Positions 9,667 through 19,371 of a stretch of 64,000 nt of DNA are shown here, piece by piece. The notes below the pieces were generated by a model that was given only the letters and a program-made list of their open reading frames with translations, was not told where the DNA came from and searched no databases. Each line of letters starts with the position of its first letter. The first letter of the stretch is position 1. The position numbers and the translations under genes were made by a program. The DNA comes from Promethearchaeota archaeon (GTDB lineage Archaea; Asgardarchaeota; Lokiarchaeia; Sigyniarchaeales; SOKP01), in the NCBI GenBank assembly GCA_048941285.1, contig JBHLNS010000001.1:132878-196877 (forward strand), given 5' to 3'.

Positions 9667-11949
9667 ATGGTTAAAGTGAAAAACCCAGAAGAAATCGCTA
9701 AACTAGTAACTTCTGGTTCATATGAGAAGAAGAGAATATTTTCAATCACAGCTCATATAGATCATGGCAAAACAACTGCCACAGATTATCTTCTTCGAAG
9801 AGCAGGATTAATGAGACCTGAAGACGCTGGCCAGCTCCAAATGACAGATTCAGATTTAGATTAAGGCTTACTTGATCTACTGAAAGATGAGGAGCAGGAA
9901 CGAGGCATCACGATCTTCACAAGTGTAGTCTTACTTGCATTCAACGATCCAAGAAAACCAAAAGATGACGAACCTTATATTATACAACTGAATGACACTC
10001 CTGGTCACATAAGCTTTACCGGAGAGGTATCCCGAGCCCTTAGAGGTTCAGATGGTGCTATAGTATTAGTGGATGCTCTTGAGGGGGTCATGACTCAAAC
10101 AGAAACTAATATAAGGTTATCTGTTGGTGAAGAATACTGTAAACCTGTCCTTTTTATAAATAAGGTCGATAGATTGATTAGCGAATTAAAACTCAGTCCT
10201 CAAGATACTTTTGCAAAAATCGACAAAATTACTAGAGAAGTCAATGATTTGATAAAAAAAGTAAGACCAGAAGGGTCGGATTGGAGTATAGATTTTGCGA
10301 AAAATTCCGTTGCAGTTGGTTCAGCTAAACATGGGTGGGGTTTCACTTATGAAATTTTACTTGAAAAGGGTTTGAAACCTCAAGATGTTTTTGCTAAATA
10401 CAATGAAGGGGATATTCAATGGTTAAGAGATAATTTACCCCTAGATGAACCAATGTTAAGAATGATCGTAGATCATCTCCCAGATCCTATTACCGCTGCG
10501 AAGTATAGAATACCACATATATGGGGTGGTGATTTAAACTCAGAGCTAGGGCAATCTCTTATAAGGAGTGACCCAAAAGGAAAATTGTATGGGATGATTA
10601 CAAAAATTTTCCTAGATCCAAAAAGAAATTATCAAGCTACACTTATAGGCCGCGTTTTTTCGGGTACTTTTGATCAAAGCGATACACTGTATCTTATTAA
10701 CAGTGATTCTCAAAGTCGAGTGAAGAGACTTGGAGTCATGGAAATTACAGATATTTTAGATATTCCAAAGATTCCCGCGGGTAATCTATTTGCATTATAT
10801 GGATTCATTTCTCCATCTGGAGAAACTTTCATTAACGCAAATGATGTACCTAAAGATAAAGAGGAAAAGAAGAGAATTCCTTCTTTTGAAAAAATACATT
10901 ACGCTTGTGAAGCTGTTGTTTCCAGAAGTATCAAACCAAAAGATCCACATGATATTGATAAATTAGATGAAGTTGTATCCAAATGGTTAAAAGCAGATCC
11001 GACAGCAGAATACAGAAGAGATGAAGAATCAGGAGAATTTATTTTATCGGGAATTGATCCATTACAAATAGAGATTTTAGTTAAGAGGATAAACAATCAA
11101 GTCCAAATTAATATTGGAGAACCAATTATCGTTTATAGAGAAAAAATTACTCAAAAAAGTCCTGATTTTTATACAAAATCTGCGAATACACATAATCGTA
11201 TCTTATTATATATTGAACCCCTGGATGAAACTACTGAGCGGTTAATCGAAACTGGTAAAGTAAATGATTTACAAAATGAGAAAGAAAGAGCTCAAATTCT
11301 TAGAGAAGAAGCTGGATGGGATGCTAAAGAAGCAAGAAGAATTGTTGATTTATATCATGGAAGCGTTCTTGTAAATGGTACCTCTGGATTACAGAGATTC
11401 GATCGTGTTAAATCTTATTTAAGTGCTGCTTTTAGGGATTGGCTTGGTGATTGTATACTTGCAAAAGAGCCTGCTGCTGGAATTAAAGTCGTATTCACAG
11501 ATATGACAATACATGAGGATACCAGACATACGTCTTATGGTCAGATTGCAGGAATGTTCTTCTCAGCCGTTTCTTTAGCTATGTTAGATGCAAAACCACA
11601 TCTATTTGAGCCAATCCAGAGAATAGATATAAAATCACCACAAGGAACAGAAGGAAGTGTAAGTACTATTATTACAAAACGCCGAGGTCGGATTACTAAC
11701 GTTATTCCCGAAGGAGAATATGTGAGGATTCAAGGTCAGATTCCAGCAGCAGAGACAATAGGACTTGCTGACGATATTAGAGGCTCAACAGCCGGAAGGG
11801 CATTTTTTGGTTATGAATTCTTAGGATTTGAAAAAGTTCCTCCCAATCTTGAAGAAGATATCATTATGGAAATTCGCAGAAGGAAAGGTATGCCATTAGA
11901 ATTACCTAATAGAAAGAGTTGGGAGAGATTTATTTACAAAAGAACCTAA
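9667..11949 (+). CDS. EF-2-family translational GTPase (probably the divergent aEF-2p paralog); two exons, 9667-9855 and 9886-11949, 750 aa after splicing
   Basis: AHIDHGKTT, EQERGITI, DTPGH and NKVD all lie in one reading frame across ORFs 9667-9864 and 10069-11949. The only break is a TAA inside a 30-nt BHB-forming insert. C-terminal IRGSTAGRA...IRRRKG is typical of archaeal EF-2. Confidence 0.92.
9856..9885 (+). other. Putative archaeal bulge-helix-bulge (BHB) mRNA intron, 30 nt
   Basis: Central helix TCAG(9850-53)/CTGA(9880-83). 3-nt bulges ATT(9854-56) and AAG(9884-86). Inner stem TAGATTAAG/CTTGATCTA with loop GCTTA. Outer pair AT/AT. Excision restores the reading and the conserved spacing. 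Confidence 0.88.
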
Positions 11950-11981
11950 AATGTTTTTTTATTATTAACTTTTAATTAAAA

Positions 11982-12015
11982 TATCTGAATTATATTAATT
12001 AGTTGTATTCAGATA
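11982..12015. terminator. Inverted repeat downstream of the EF-2 gene (possible terminator or 3' UTR hairpin)
   Basis: TATCTGAAT(11982-90)...ATTCAGATA(12007-15) is a 9-bp perfect inverted repeat between convergent genes. A T-tract follows the stop codon. Confidence 0.3.
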
Positions 12016-12227
12016 CACCTTTCATTCTTAATCCTCTAGGATAACAGCCGTTCCACTGTAAAATTGAAATGTCTTGATAATCCTTTTTCTTGGAAGATCA
12101 TTAGGGTAGATTCTGTATTCAATAGTAATTTTGGAACTTAGAATTTTTGAATATTATTGTCAATAAAATTGGTATAAATAAAATATATGACAAAATTTCA
12201 TATTCAAAACAAGTAATTCGATCAAAT

Positions 12228-12791
12228 CTAAGAGAAACTAGAGATTTTAGCAATCATATATAGTTTTTTAACAAGAGCTTTAAACGCATCAGAAACTCCT
12301 TGCCCTGTTAAAGCACTCGTTTTATAATATCCAATAAATCTATTATCTTTAGCTAATTGTTCAACATTTGCATCAGAAGTAGTTTTATTTGGATCTGATG
12401 CTAATTGTCCATCATCAACTAAATCTACTTTATTTCCAAAAAGTATTATTGGAATATTTCCACAATATATTTTAAGATCATTAAACCATCTATTAACATG
12501 AGTATAACTCTCAGTTTGATCTGGAGCGTGAGAAAAAACTATTATTGCACCACTACTTCCAATATAGAATCTTTGACGTAGTGCTTGAAATGAATCCTGC
12601 CCAGCAATATCCCAAAGAAACAAACTAATCTTCTCTCCATCAATTTCCTCTTCGTATTTAGAGAATTGTGTTCCTAAGGTTGATATATATTCTTTTTGAA
12701 AGGATCCTTGAGTATATTTTTTAATCAATGATGTTTTACCAACAGCTCCATCACCAATGACGCAAATTTTAAATCCGTATCCGTCGCTCAT
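12228..12791 (-). CDS. Rab/Ras-like small GTPase
   Basis: GDGAVGKT, WDIAGQ, NKVD, TSAL; no C-terminal cysteine motif. Confidence 0.93.
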   Translation of the reverse strand: MSDGYGFKICVIGDGAVGKTSLIKKYTQGSFQKEYISTLGTQFSKYEEEIDGEKISLFLWDIAGQDSFQALRQRFYIGSSGAIIVFSHAPDQTESYTHVNRWFNDLKIYCGNIPIILFGNKVDLVDDGQLASDPNKTTSDANVEQLAKDNRFIGYYKTSALTGQGVSDAFKALVKKLYMIAKISSFS

Positions 12792-13002
12792 TTTGCCTAT
12801 GCAACTTTCTAAGTCTAATTTCCTTTCTTAAATAATAAAAATCAATTATTTTAAATTTTTAGAATCCATTAATTAAAACTAATCTAAAGAATCATACTGA
12901 TATCTATATTTAAAACGAATGTATTATCTCAATATTTAAACTAAATTGCTATTAATATTCATCGATAACGAGATAAAAAGATAATATAAAATGTATTTAT
13001 AT

Positions 13003-13560
13003 CTATCTTGTAGCTCTATGGTATAATTTTCTTACTAATGTTTGAAAACCTTCTTGAACTCCTTGACCTGTTAAAGCACTCGTCCTGAGATATTCATTAA
13101 TATTATGATCTTGAGCAAATTTCTGAACATGAACATCTGAAGTTTCGTAATCTGGACTTGAAGCTATTGCATTTTGATCAACTAAATCAGCTTTATTACC
13201 AAATAAAATTATTGGTATCCTCCCACAAGCTTCTTTAATATGTGATAACCATTTATCAATATTACGATAAGTTTCAATTTCTTCAGGAGCAAGAGAAAAG
13301 ACGATAATAGCACCACTACTTCCTTTGTAAAATCTCTCACGTAGCGTAGCAAATGACTCTTGACCTGCTAAATCCCATAAGAATAGCTCAACCATTATTC
13401 CACTTATTTTTTCCTCGTACCTGGAGAATTGCATTCCTAATGTAGAAATATAATCTTTTTGAAATGTGTTTGTTGTATATCTTTTAATTAATGATGTTTT
13501 GCCAACGGCAGCATCCCCTACTACAACAATTTTAAACCCAAAGGCTTTGTTGCTCATCAT
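13003..13560 (-). CDS. Rab/Ras-like small GTPase (tandem paralog of 12228-12791)
   Basis: GDAAVGKT, WDLAGQ, NKAD, TSALTGQGV. Confidence 0.93.
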   Translation of the reverse strand: MMSNKAFGFKIVVVGDAAVGKTSLIKRYTTNTFQKDYISTLGMQFSRYEEKISGIMVELFLWDLAGQESFATLRERFYKGSSGAIIVFSLAPEEIETYRNIDKWLSHIKEACGRIPIILFGNKADLVDQNAIASSPDYETSDVHVQKFAQDHNINEYLRTSALTGQGVQEGFQTLVRKLYHRATR

Positions 13561-13692
13561 ATTTCAATGAAATTTTTTAATATTTCTTTTCTTTATAGTA
13601 AAAATAAGATCTTTTAAGCGTTGCTAAAAAATTATTCTTCAATACCTCTAAAATGGATTAAAAAGTGTCATTCAAAAATATAAGATTATAAT

Positions 13693-14406
13693 TTAGAGAT
13701 TGAAAAGTTCAATTAAATTTTCAGTGTTATCTACCAATATATCAGGTTTATGTTCTATTAGTGTTTGCTTTTGAGCTAATCCACTGGCAACACAAATCAT
13801 CTTAACCTTTGCAGCTTTACCTGCATCCACATCTGTAGTCATATCCCCTATAAAGATAGCATCTGAAGGTTTTAGATTCCATTTATCAAGAATTTTTAAA
13901 ATCCCTTCAGGATTAGGTTTAACTTCTGTCACATCATTAAATCCTATAACTAAATCGAAAAATTTTGAAAGATTAAATTTTTCTAGCACTTCTTCAGCAT
14001 ATTGGCTTTTATTGTTTGTTAAAATAGCTAATTTTACATTTTTTGCTAATTTTGATATCAAATCCTCAACTCCTTTAAAAATTGTTGATTCTTCTTCCTT
14101 ATATTTATTGAATTGGTTGAATAGGAATATTGCAATTCGTAATTTCTTGAAAAAACTTAAGCCTTCAAGAAATTTTACTTTTAATAACTCAAAGGAATTT
14201 AGAAGGATTTTAGGTACAGGATAATTTTGAATTTCTTCAATTAGGTGAGCAATTTCCTCCATTACATCATCACGTTTTACATTTTCCAATTGATATTTCT
14301 CAATACCGTCATCTACCGATTTCCTAATTGCCTCAGTGATATCATATATAACACCGTCTAAATCAAAAATTATCCCTTTATATTTTTCCAAGTTAATTTT
14401 TTCCAT
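13693..14406 (-). CDS. HAD-superfamily hydrolase (phosphoglycolate phosphatase-like)
   Basis: FDLDG, LTN, KPNP, IGDMTTD motifs. Confidence 0.9.
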   Translation of the reverse strand: MEKINLEKYKGIIFDLDGVIYDITEAIRKSVDDGIEKYQLENVKRDDVMEEIAHLIEEIQNYPVPKILLNSFELLKVKFLEGLSFFKKLRIAIFLFNQFNKYKEEESTIFKGVEDLISKLAKNVKLAILTNNKSQYAEEVLEKFNLSKFFDLVIGFNDVTEVKPNPEGILKILDKWNLKPSDAIFIGDMTTDVDAGKAAKVKMICVASGLAQKQTLIEHKPDILVDNTENLIELFNL

Positions 14407-14507
14407 ACTAAAGTCTATTAATATTTAGGACAATTTTAATTATACGGATGTCAATAATTTAATTATAGAATTATTAAGATTTTTTTTCAAATCTTTTTTA
14501 AATCACA

Positions 14508-15398
14508 ATGAACGAACGCCAAGAAGAAGAAGACGAAGAACAATCTATTGAAGACAATAAATTGGAAGAAGATGATTTGGAAACATATTTAAGAGACATG
14601 AAAGCACTTGAGTCAGATTTTTCAGATATGGAGGATCTAGACTTAGATGAACTTCAAGAAATACAAAATGCGATTGAGAAAGTTAAGGAAGGTGAATTAA
14701 CATATGAAGATCGCTTAGTACGTGAGCCACTCCCTTCTGAAGAACCATTTGTCGGTGAAATTAAAAATCAAGAAGAAGTTAAGGAAACGATGATCTCTGA
14801 TTTTTCCGATATAGACGAAATCGATTTTGATGAATTAAGAGAGATGCAGGAAGCTATAGAATCCGTTAAGAAAGAAGAAATAGAGGATTTAGCTGAACCA
14901 GATGGTGTATCTCTCTATACTCAAGAAGTTTCTAAGGAATTAGAAGAAAGAATTAAACAAGAGCTTCTAAAAAGAAAACAATTAGAAGTAAGAGAAACTA
15001 TAACCCCTGAGAAACTTTTAGATTACGTTAGAAGTCGACGTGATAAGATATGGTACCATGCACTTTATTATTTAGTATTTAACGTTGAGGATTATATTGC
15101 TTCAAAAACCCTACTATATGATGTTTTAAAAGAAGTTACGAGTAAATCCGCTATAGATCCAATTCCGGAACACCAATTTTATTTTGGATTGGGGTATCTT
15201 TTAAGGCTAAACTTAAATGATAAACAAGTAGTAAGATTTCTTAGAGATGGAAAGTTTAAAATTAATGTTAATATTGATATTTTAAAAGAAATTTTAGAAA
15301 AAGCAGGAGAACCAATAAGTACTCGGCCTATCATAAAAGAAGAAGAAAAGAAGAAAATGTTTAAAGATTTTTTAAGGGATGATTTCCTTGATATCTAA
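14508..15398 (+). CDS. Hypothetical protein with acidic duplicated N-terminal motif and possible winged-helix C-terminus
   Basis: Repeat SDFSDMEDLDLDELQEIQNAIEKVK / SDFSDIDEIDFDELREMQEAIESVK. Confidence 0.6.
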   Translation: MNERQEEEDEEQSIEDNKLEEDDLETYLRDMKALESDFSDMEDLDLDELQEIQNAIEKVKEGELTYEDRLVREPLPSEEPFVGEIKNQEEVKETMISDFSDIDEIDFDELREMQEAIESVKKEEIEDLAEPDGVSLYTQEVSKELEERIKQELLKRKQLEVRETITPEKLLDYVRSRRDKIWYHALYYLVFNVEDYIASKTLLYDVLKEVTSKSAIDPIPEHQFYFGLGYLLRLNLNDKQVVRFLRDGKFKINVNIDILKEILEKAGEPISTRPIIKEEEKKKMFKDFLRDDFLDI

Positions 15399-15423
15399 AG
15401 TTTGAAATTTATTAAATAATGCT

Positions 15424-16062
15424 ATGACTCAAAAGCCTTCATTATTAATTATAGGAAATTCAAATGTAGGTAAAAGTTCAATAACTAGATTAATAATTCC
15501 AAATCCTAGAAAATTCAAAGGTAAAATTGGTAAAACTCCAGGAAGTACATTATTGATAAAAACTATTAATCAGGAGAATTTATCCTATAAAATAGTTGAT
15601 CTTCCAGGGTTTGGGTATATTACTCAATCAAGTCGTAGACGAACAGAGCATATAAAAAAACAAATAGTAATTCACATTGAAAAACACTATAAAGATTATT
15701 TTCTAGGTTTAATTGTTATTAATATTTTAAGGATTGAAGATGAACTAGAGAAATATTTCATTCAGAATAAAAAAACTATTCCTCTAAGTTTTGAATTAGT
15801 TAACTTTCTTAGAGAATTTCAGATTCCTCTCTTATTAATAATAAATAAAATCGATAAGACTTCAAGGATAGATAAAAGAAGAATTATCTCCTTTTTCATT
15901 AATTCTGCGAAAAATTTTGGATTGCATGTTGTTCAATTAAATGAATTTAATCCAAATAATAAAAGCTATATCCCGTTATTAGAACTTTCAGCATTAAAAA
16001 AGATTAATATTAGTAAATTAAAAGAAATTATTCAAATGTTTTTAAATAGATATGTTTTGTGA
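15424..16062 (+). CDS. engB: EngB/YihA-family GTPase
   Basis: GNSNVGKSS, GKTPGST, DLPGFGY, NKID, LSALK. Confidence 0.85.
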   Translation: MTQKPSLLIIGNSNVGKSSITRLIIPNPRKFKGKIGKTPGSTLLIKTINQENLSYKIVDLPGFGYITQSSRRRTEHIKKQIVIHIEKHYKDYFLGLIVINILRIEDELEKYFIQNKKTIPLSFELVNFLREFQIPLLLIINKIDKTSRIDKRRIISFFINSAKNFGLHVVQLNEFNPNNKSYIPLLELSALKKINISKLKEIIQMFLNRYVL

Positions 16063-16102
16063 TATCTGTTGATTCTTCTTATTTCTATATAATTTTTTTT
16101 TA

Positions 16103-17395
16103 TTAAGGTTTAGTTATTTTAGGATCTTTATCTTTGTCCCAATCTATGGCAAATAGGAAATCTCTACTTGCTTTATTTTTATAAATTAGGGGAAATCCAC
16201 TCACTTTCTCAAATTTTAAAGCTAAATCTTCTAAATAATCATATTCAGGAAAAAATTCTTGAACTTCCTTTTCTGCTTTTAACCTATCTTTAATTAATAA
16301 GGCTTTAGCCTGTAAAGTAAAGCCTTTAATTTCAAAAAAATTAGGACTTGTTTTCTCAATTATTTTAGCATATTCATTAATAAAGTTTTCACTAAGATTA
16401 AGGTCTTTTATTGCTGTTAATCTTACAACTGTTCTACTGGATAATGATTTAGTTAAATCTAAACTATCCATTATATTACTCCAGCCATTTCTGATCATTG
16501 GACGGCACAATTTTTTATAGACTTTTTCGTTAGGCGCTGGTAAAGTAACATATAGTTGAGTAGGTAAGGGATCTAATTTTTCAATTCTTTCTGGCAATGT
16601 TCCATTAGTAACTATGAAAGTCGTCATATTACGATTCTTAAATTCTTGAACGAACTCAGAGATTCTTGGATATAAAAGAGGTTCTCCATCTAAAGAAATA
16701 GCAGCATGATTTGGCATCATCGCCTCAGTATGAGCTTGCATAATATCATCTGGAGATGTTAATTCTCTATTAATTAATATTTCTAATTCATCTCTCGAAC
16801 TAATACAGCAATTTACATCATCATCTAATCTAAAGTTATTTGACGAAGAATTAATGGGTCTAATGAATTCTTGATTCTTCAGAAGGGTAACTGCTCGTTC
16901 AACTTTATTTTTTGAAACGTGAATATTATTACTGAGGGAATTAATACTATGGGTTTGCTCATTATTTAAAAGAATATAATAGAGAATATCAATCATTATT
17001 TCATAATTCTCAAGGTATCGTCTTAATGGTAAGTGATTTTCAATGATATCTTTATGATGTCGCAGCATCTCGTCAATAAGAATTTTAGGGTCATCGGCTT
17101 CAACAATAAATTCACTTCCTAGTGATCCAGATTCGATATCTCTCCAACAAAAGACACATTGATGATTACAAAAAGGTAATGATGGCGTATTTTGCAAGCA
17201 TCGATGACTTTGTACTCCAAACACGCCTTTATAACAATTACGATTATCTCTACCAGTTGCTAACCTCTGCTCAAGCCAATGACAAGGTTTTATAGATGAA
17301 TGCCTGTTATCTCCAATTATTCTGTAAGTTGTTTTAGTATAAGATTCAACAAATTCATTTGTAATTTTATTGTCAACTATGAATCTATCATTCAT
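16103..17395 (-). CDS. taw1: 4-demethylwyosine synthase TYW1/Taw1 (radical SAM) with internal insertion
   Basis: KPCHW, CYK, SHRCLQ, CNHQCVFCWR, HAAISLDGEPLLYP, PTQLYV. Confidence 0.92.
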   Translation of the reverse strand: MNDRFIVDNKITNEFVESYTKTTYRIIGDNRHSSIKPCHWLEQRLATGRDNRNCYKGVFGVQSHRCLQNTPSLPFCNHQCVFCWRDIESGSLGSEFIVEADDPKILIDEMLRHHKDIIENHLPLRRYLENYEIMIDILYYILLNNEQTHSINSLSNNIHVSKNKVERAVTLLKNQEFIRPINSSSNNFRLDDDVNCCISSRDELEILINRELTSPDDIMQAHTEAMMPNHAAISLDGEPLLYPRISEFVQEFKNRNMTTFIVTNGTLPERIEKLDPLPTQLYVTLPAPNEKVYKKLCRPMIRNGWSNIMDSLDLTKSLSSRTVVRLTAIKDLNLSENFINEYAKIIEKTSPNFFEIKGFTLQAKALLIKDRLKAEKEVQEFFPEYDYLEDLALKFEKVSGFPLIYKNKASRDFLFAIDWDKDKDPKITKP

Positions 17396-17566
17396 TAAGG
17401 AACCACGTTAAATCCAAAATTCTCACTAATTTATATAAATAAATTTATTTTATTAAGATATTAAATTATATTCTTTAAAATTATAAGTACGTAAATAATT
17501 AGTATAATACTTATAGATTATAATCAAAATTTCATAATTGGTTTACTAAGATAAATAAAATGCTGA

Positions 17567-18451
17567 TTGAAAATGTTAAATAGAATTAAAAGCGAACTGT
17601 TAAATGTAGGTTTAAAATTTATAAGTGTAGATGAAAAAATTGTCCGCATGATTCTTGAAACAAGTCCTTCAAACGTAAATGAAATTGTTATCCTTCCAGC
17701 AATTAAAATATTGATGAAGAAATTAACACAAAAATTACAAAACAAGCGTAATTATGGAAGAGTCTATAGTGGAGAGTTGAATAATGTTAAAGTTAGCATT
17801 ATCAGTTCATTAATAGGAGCCCCAAATTGTGCAATGGTCGTAGAGGCTTTAAAACGTTGTAAAACGAAAATTATTATTAGAATTGATGTTTGTGGTGGTA
17901 TAGAGAATGAAATTAAACCAATTAATATTGGAGATATATTAGTACCTAAGTTAGCTTTTTGCGATGATGGGACCTGCCCTCAATATTTTAGAGAGAATCC
18001 AGCCTTAATAAATGAATTAGAGTCAATTCCCAATCCAATTGGAAAATTTCAAAATATTTTCACAGGAAATCAAACTGTTTATATATCTAAACCAAATGAA
18101 ACATTAAATCAAATATTGTTTAATAATGGTTCAGCATTTTTAGGCAATAAAGTAAAATTAGTTGATTTATGGACAACAGATGCTCTATTCTGCGAAAGCT
18201 TAGATTTCGTAAAAGCTCTGAGTTCAATAAATATACAATGCATTGATATGGAGTCTTCCATATTATTCTTATTAGGAAAAATTTATAATTTAAAAACAAG
18301 TTCCATTCTTTCAGTTTCAGATCTCCCAGGGCATCCAAAATATGATTTACTTAATTCCAATGAAATACATCCCGAAATGGAGAATGGAATTGATAATACA
18401 ATAAAAATTCTTATCAAATCATTACCCCAAATAAAGAATCAATTGCTATAA
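17567..18451 (+). CDS. Nucleoside phosphorylase (PNP/UDP family)
   Basis: IGAPN, IIRIDVCGG, WTTDALF, IDMESS, SVSD. Confidence 0.8.
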   Translation: MKMLNRIKSELLNVGLKFISVDEKIVRMILETSPSNVNEIVILPAIKILMKKLTQKLQNKRNYGRVYSGELNNVKVSIISSLIGAPNCAMVVEALKRCKTKIIIRIDVCGGIENEIKPINIGDILVPKLAFCDDGTCPQYFRENPALINELESIPNPIGKFQNIFTGNQTVYISKPNETLNQILFNNGSAFLGNKVKLVDLWTTDALFCESLDFVKALSSINIQCIDMESSILFLLGKIYNLKTSSILSVSDLPGHPKYDLLNSNEIHPEMENGIDNTIKILIKSLPQIKNQLL

Positions 18452-18472
18452 TAAATCAATCTTCATTTTAGA

Positions 18473-19369
18473 TTAAAGTCCTTGAAGCAATTGACTAAAA
18501 TCAGGTTCGTCAAAAAATGTGTTGTATTTTTTGAGAAGTTCAAAATTTACAAGGAAAATTTTTTTCTCCGCTTTGTTTTTTGTCGTCCTTACAAGATTAA
18601 ACTGTTTTAATTTTTTAATATGATAGAGAATAGTACCACTATAAGTATCAAGATTTTCTCCAATCTGAGAAACGGTTATCTCCTGATCCTTGAAAATTTC
18701 TTCTAATATTTTAGGGATTAGTGGATTTAAAAAAATTACTTTAAATTCTTCATAATCTTCAGGGACATCACTTAAAAAGTAATGAAGAGTTTTACCAATT
18801 TTAGTGGATCTTATTAATTCAAATCTCTCAAGGGTCATTACATGTTTTAAAAAAGGGGTTCTGGTTATACCTAATTCTTCCTCAACTTTCTCATCCCGCG
18901 CATGAATTCCCGGGTAATTTTTAATAAAATCTAATACTTTTACAAGTTTATCGTTGCTAAGTATTTCTAATTTAGTCCGTCTTTCATTTGTTACAATCCA
19001 ATTCTTCTCTTCTAAACTTCGAATCGCTAGGAAAATTTCTTCTTTACTATATCCTTTTTTATAAGAATACTTCGCAATACATTTAGCATATAATTTTTCG
19101 ATTATTGGATATTTTTGGATTTGAGCTTCTGAAACAATTTCAAATTCAGTATCGTATCGTTTTAATTTTAATATATCTTCAGCAATTTCTAAAACATCTT
19201 TTTCTATTTCACTTAGCTCTTCAACAATTTCTTCTTTGATTTCTGCTGTGTCTAATTTAATTTCTCTCTTCTCTCCTAAAGGGCTAAAATCAAGACGCCT
19301 AAATGAACTATCCTGTAACTTTTCCTTTTCTTTATTTCCTCTGGGCTCTCTTCTTTTTTCAAGGGACAT
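18473..19369 (-). CDS. Multi winged-helix DNA-binding protein
   Basis: Several wHTH-like segments, e.g. DFIKNYPGIH...HVMTLERFELI and ITVSQIGENL...YHIKKLKQFNLV. Confidence 0.7.
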   Translation of the reverse strand: MSLEKRREPRGNKEKEKLQDSSFRRLDFSPLGEKREIKLDTAEIKEEIVEELSEIEKDVLEIAEDILKLKRYDTEFEIVSEAQIQKYPIIEKLYAKCIAKYSYKKGYSKEEIFLAIRSLEEKNWIVTNERRTKLEILSNDKLVKVLDFIKNYPGIHARDEKVEEELGITRTPFLKHVMTLERFELIRSTKIGKTLHYFLSDVPEDYEEFKVIFLNPLIPKILEEIFKDQEITVSQIGENLDTYSGTILYHIKKLKQFNLVRTTKNKAEKKIFLVNFELLKKYNTFFDEPDFSQLLQGL

Positions 19370-19371
19370 CT

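Noticed and set aside
9862-9864. EF-2 as a pseudogene, a sequencing error, or stop-codon recoding (Sec/Pyl)
   Set aside because: The stop is TAA, not TGA or TAG. It lies within a 10-codon insertion that forms an exact BHB, and the rest of the gene is intact. Readthrough would leave 10 extra residues before switch I.
12030-12060. CTCTAGGATAACAG resembles a 23S rRNA segment or I-SceI-like site; possible C/D guide RNA
   Set aside because: The match is short and imperfect, with no properly placed C/D boxes. Likely chance or a decayed coding remnant.
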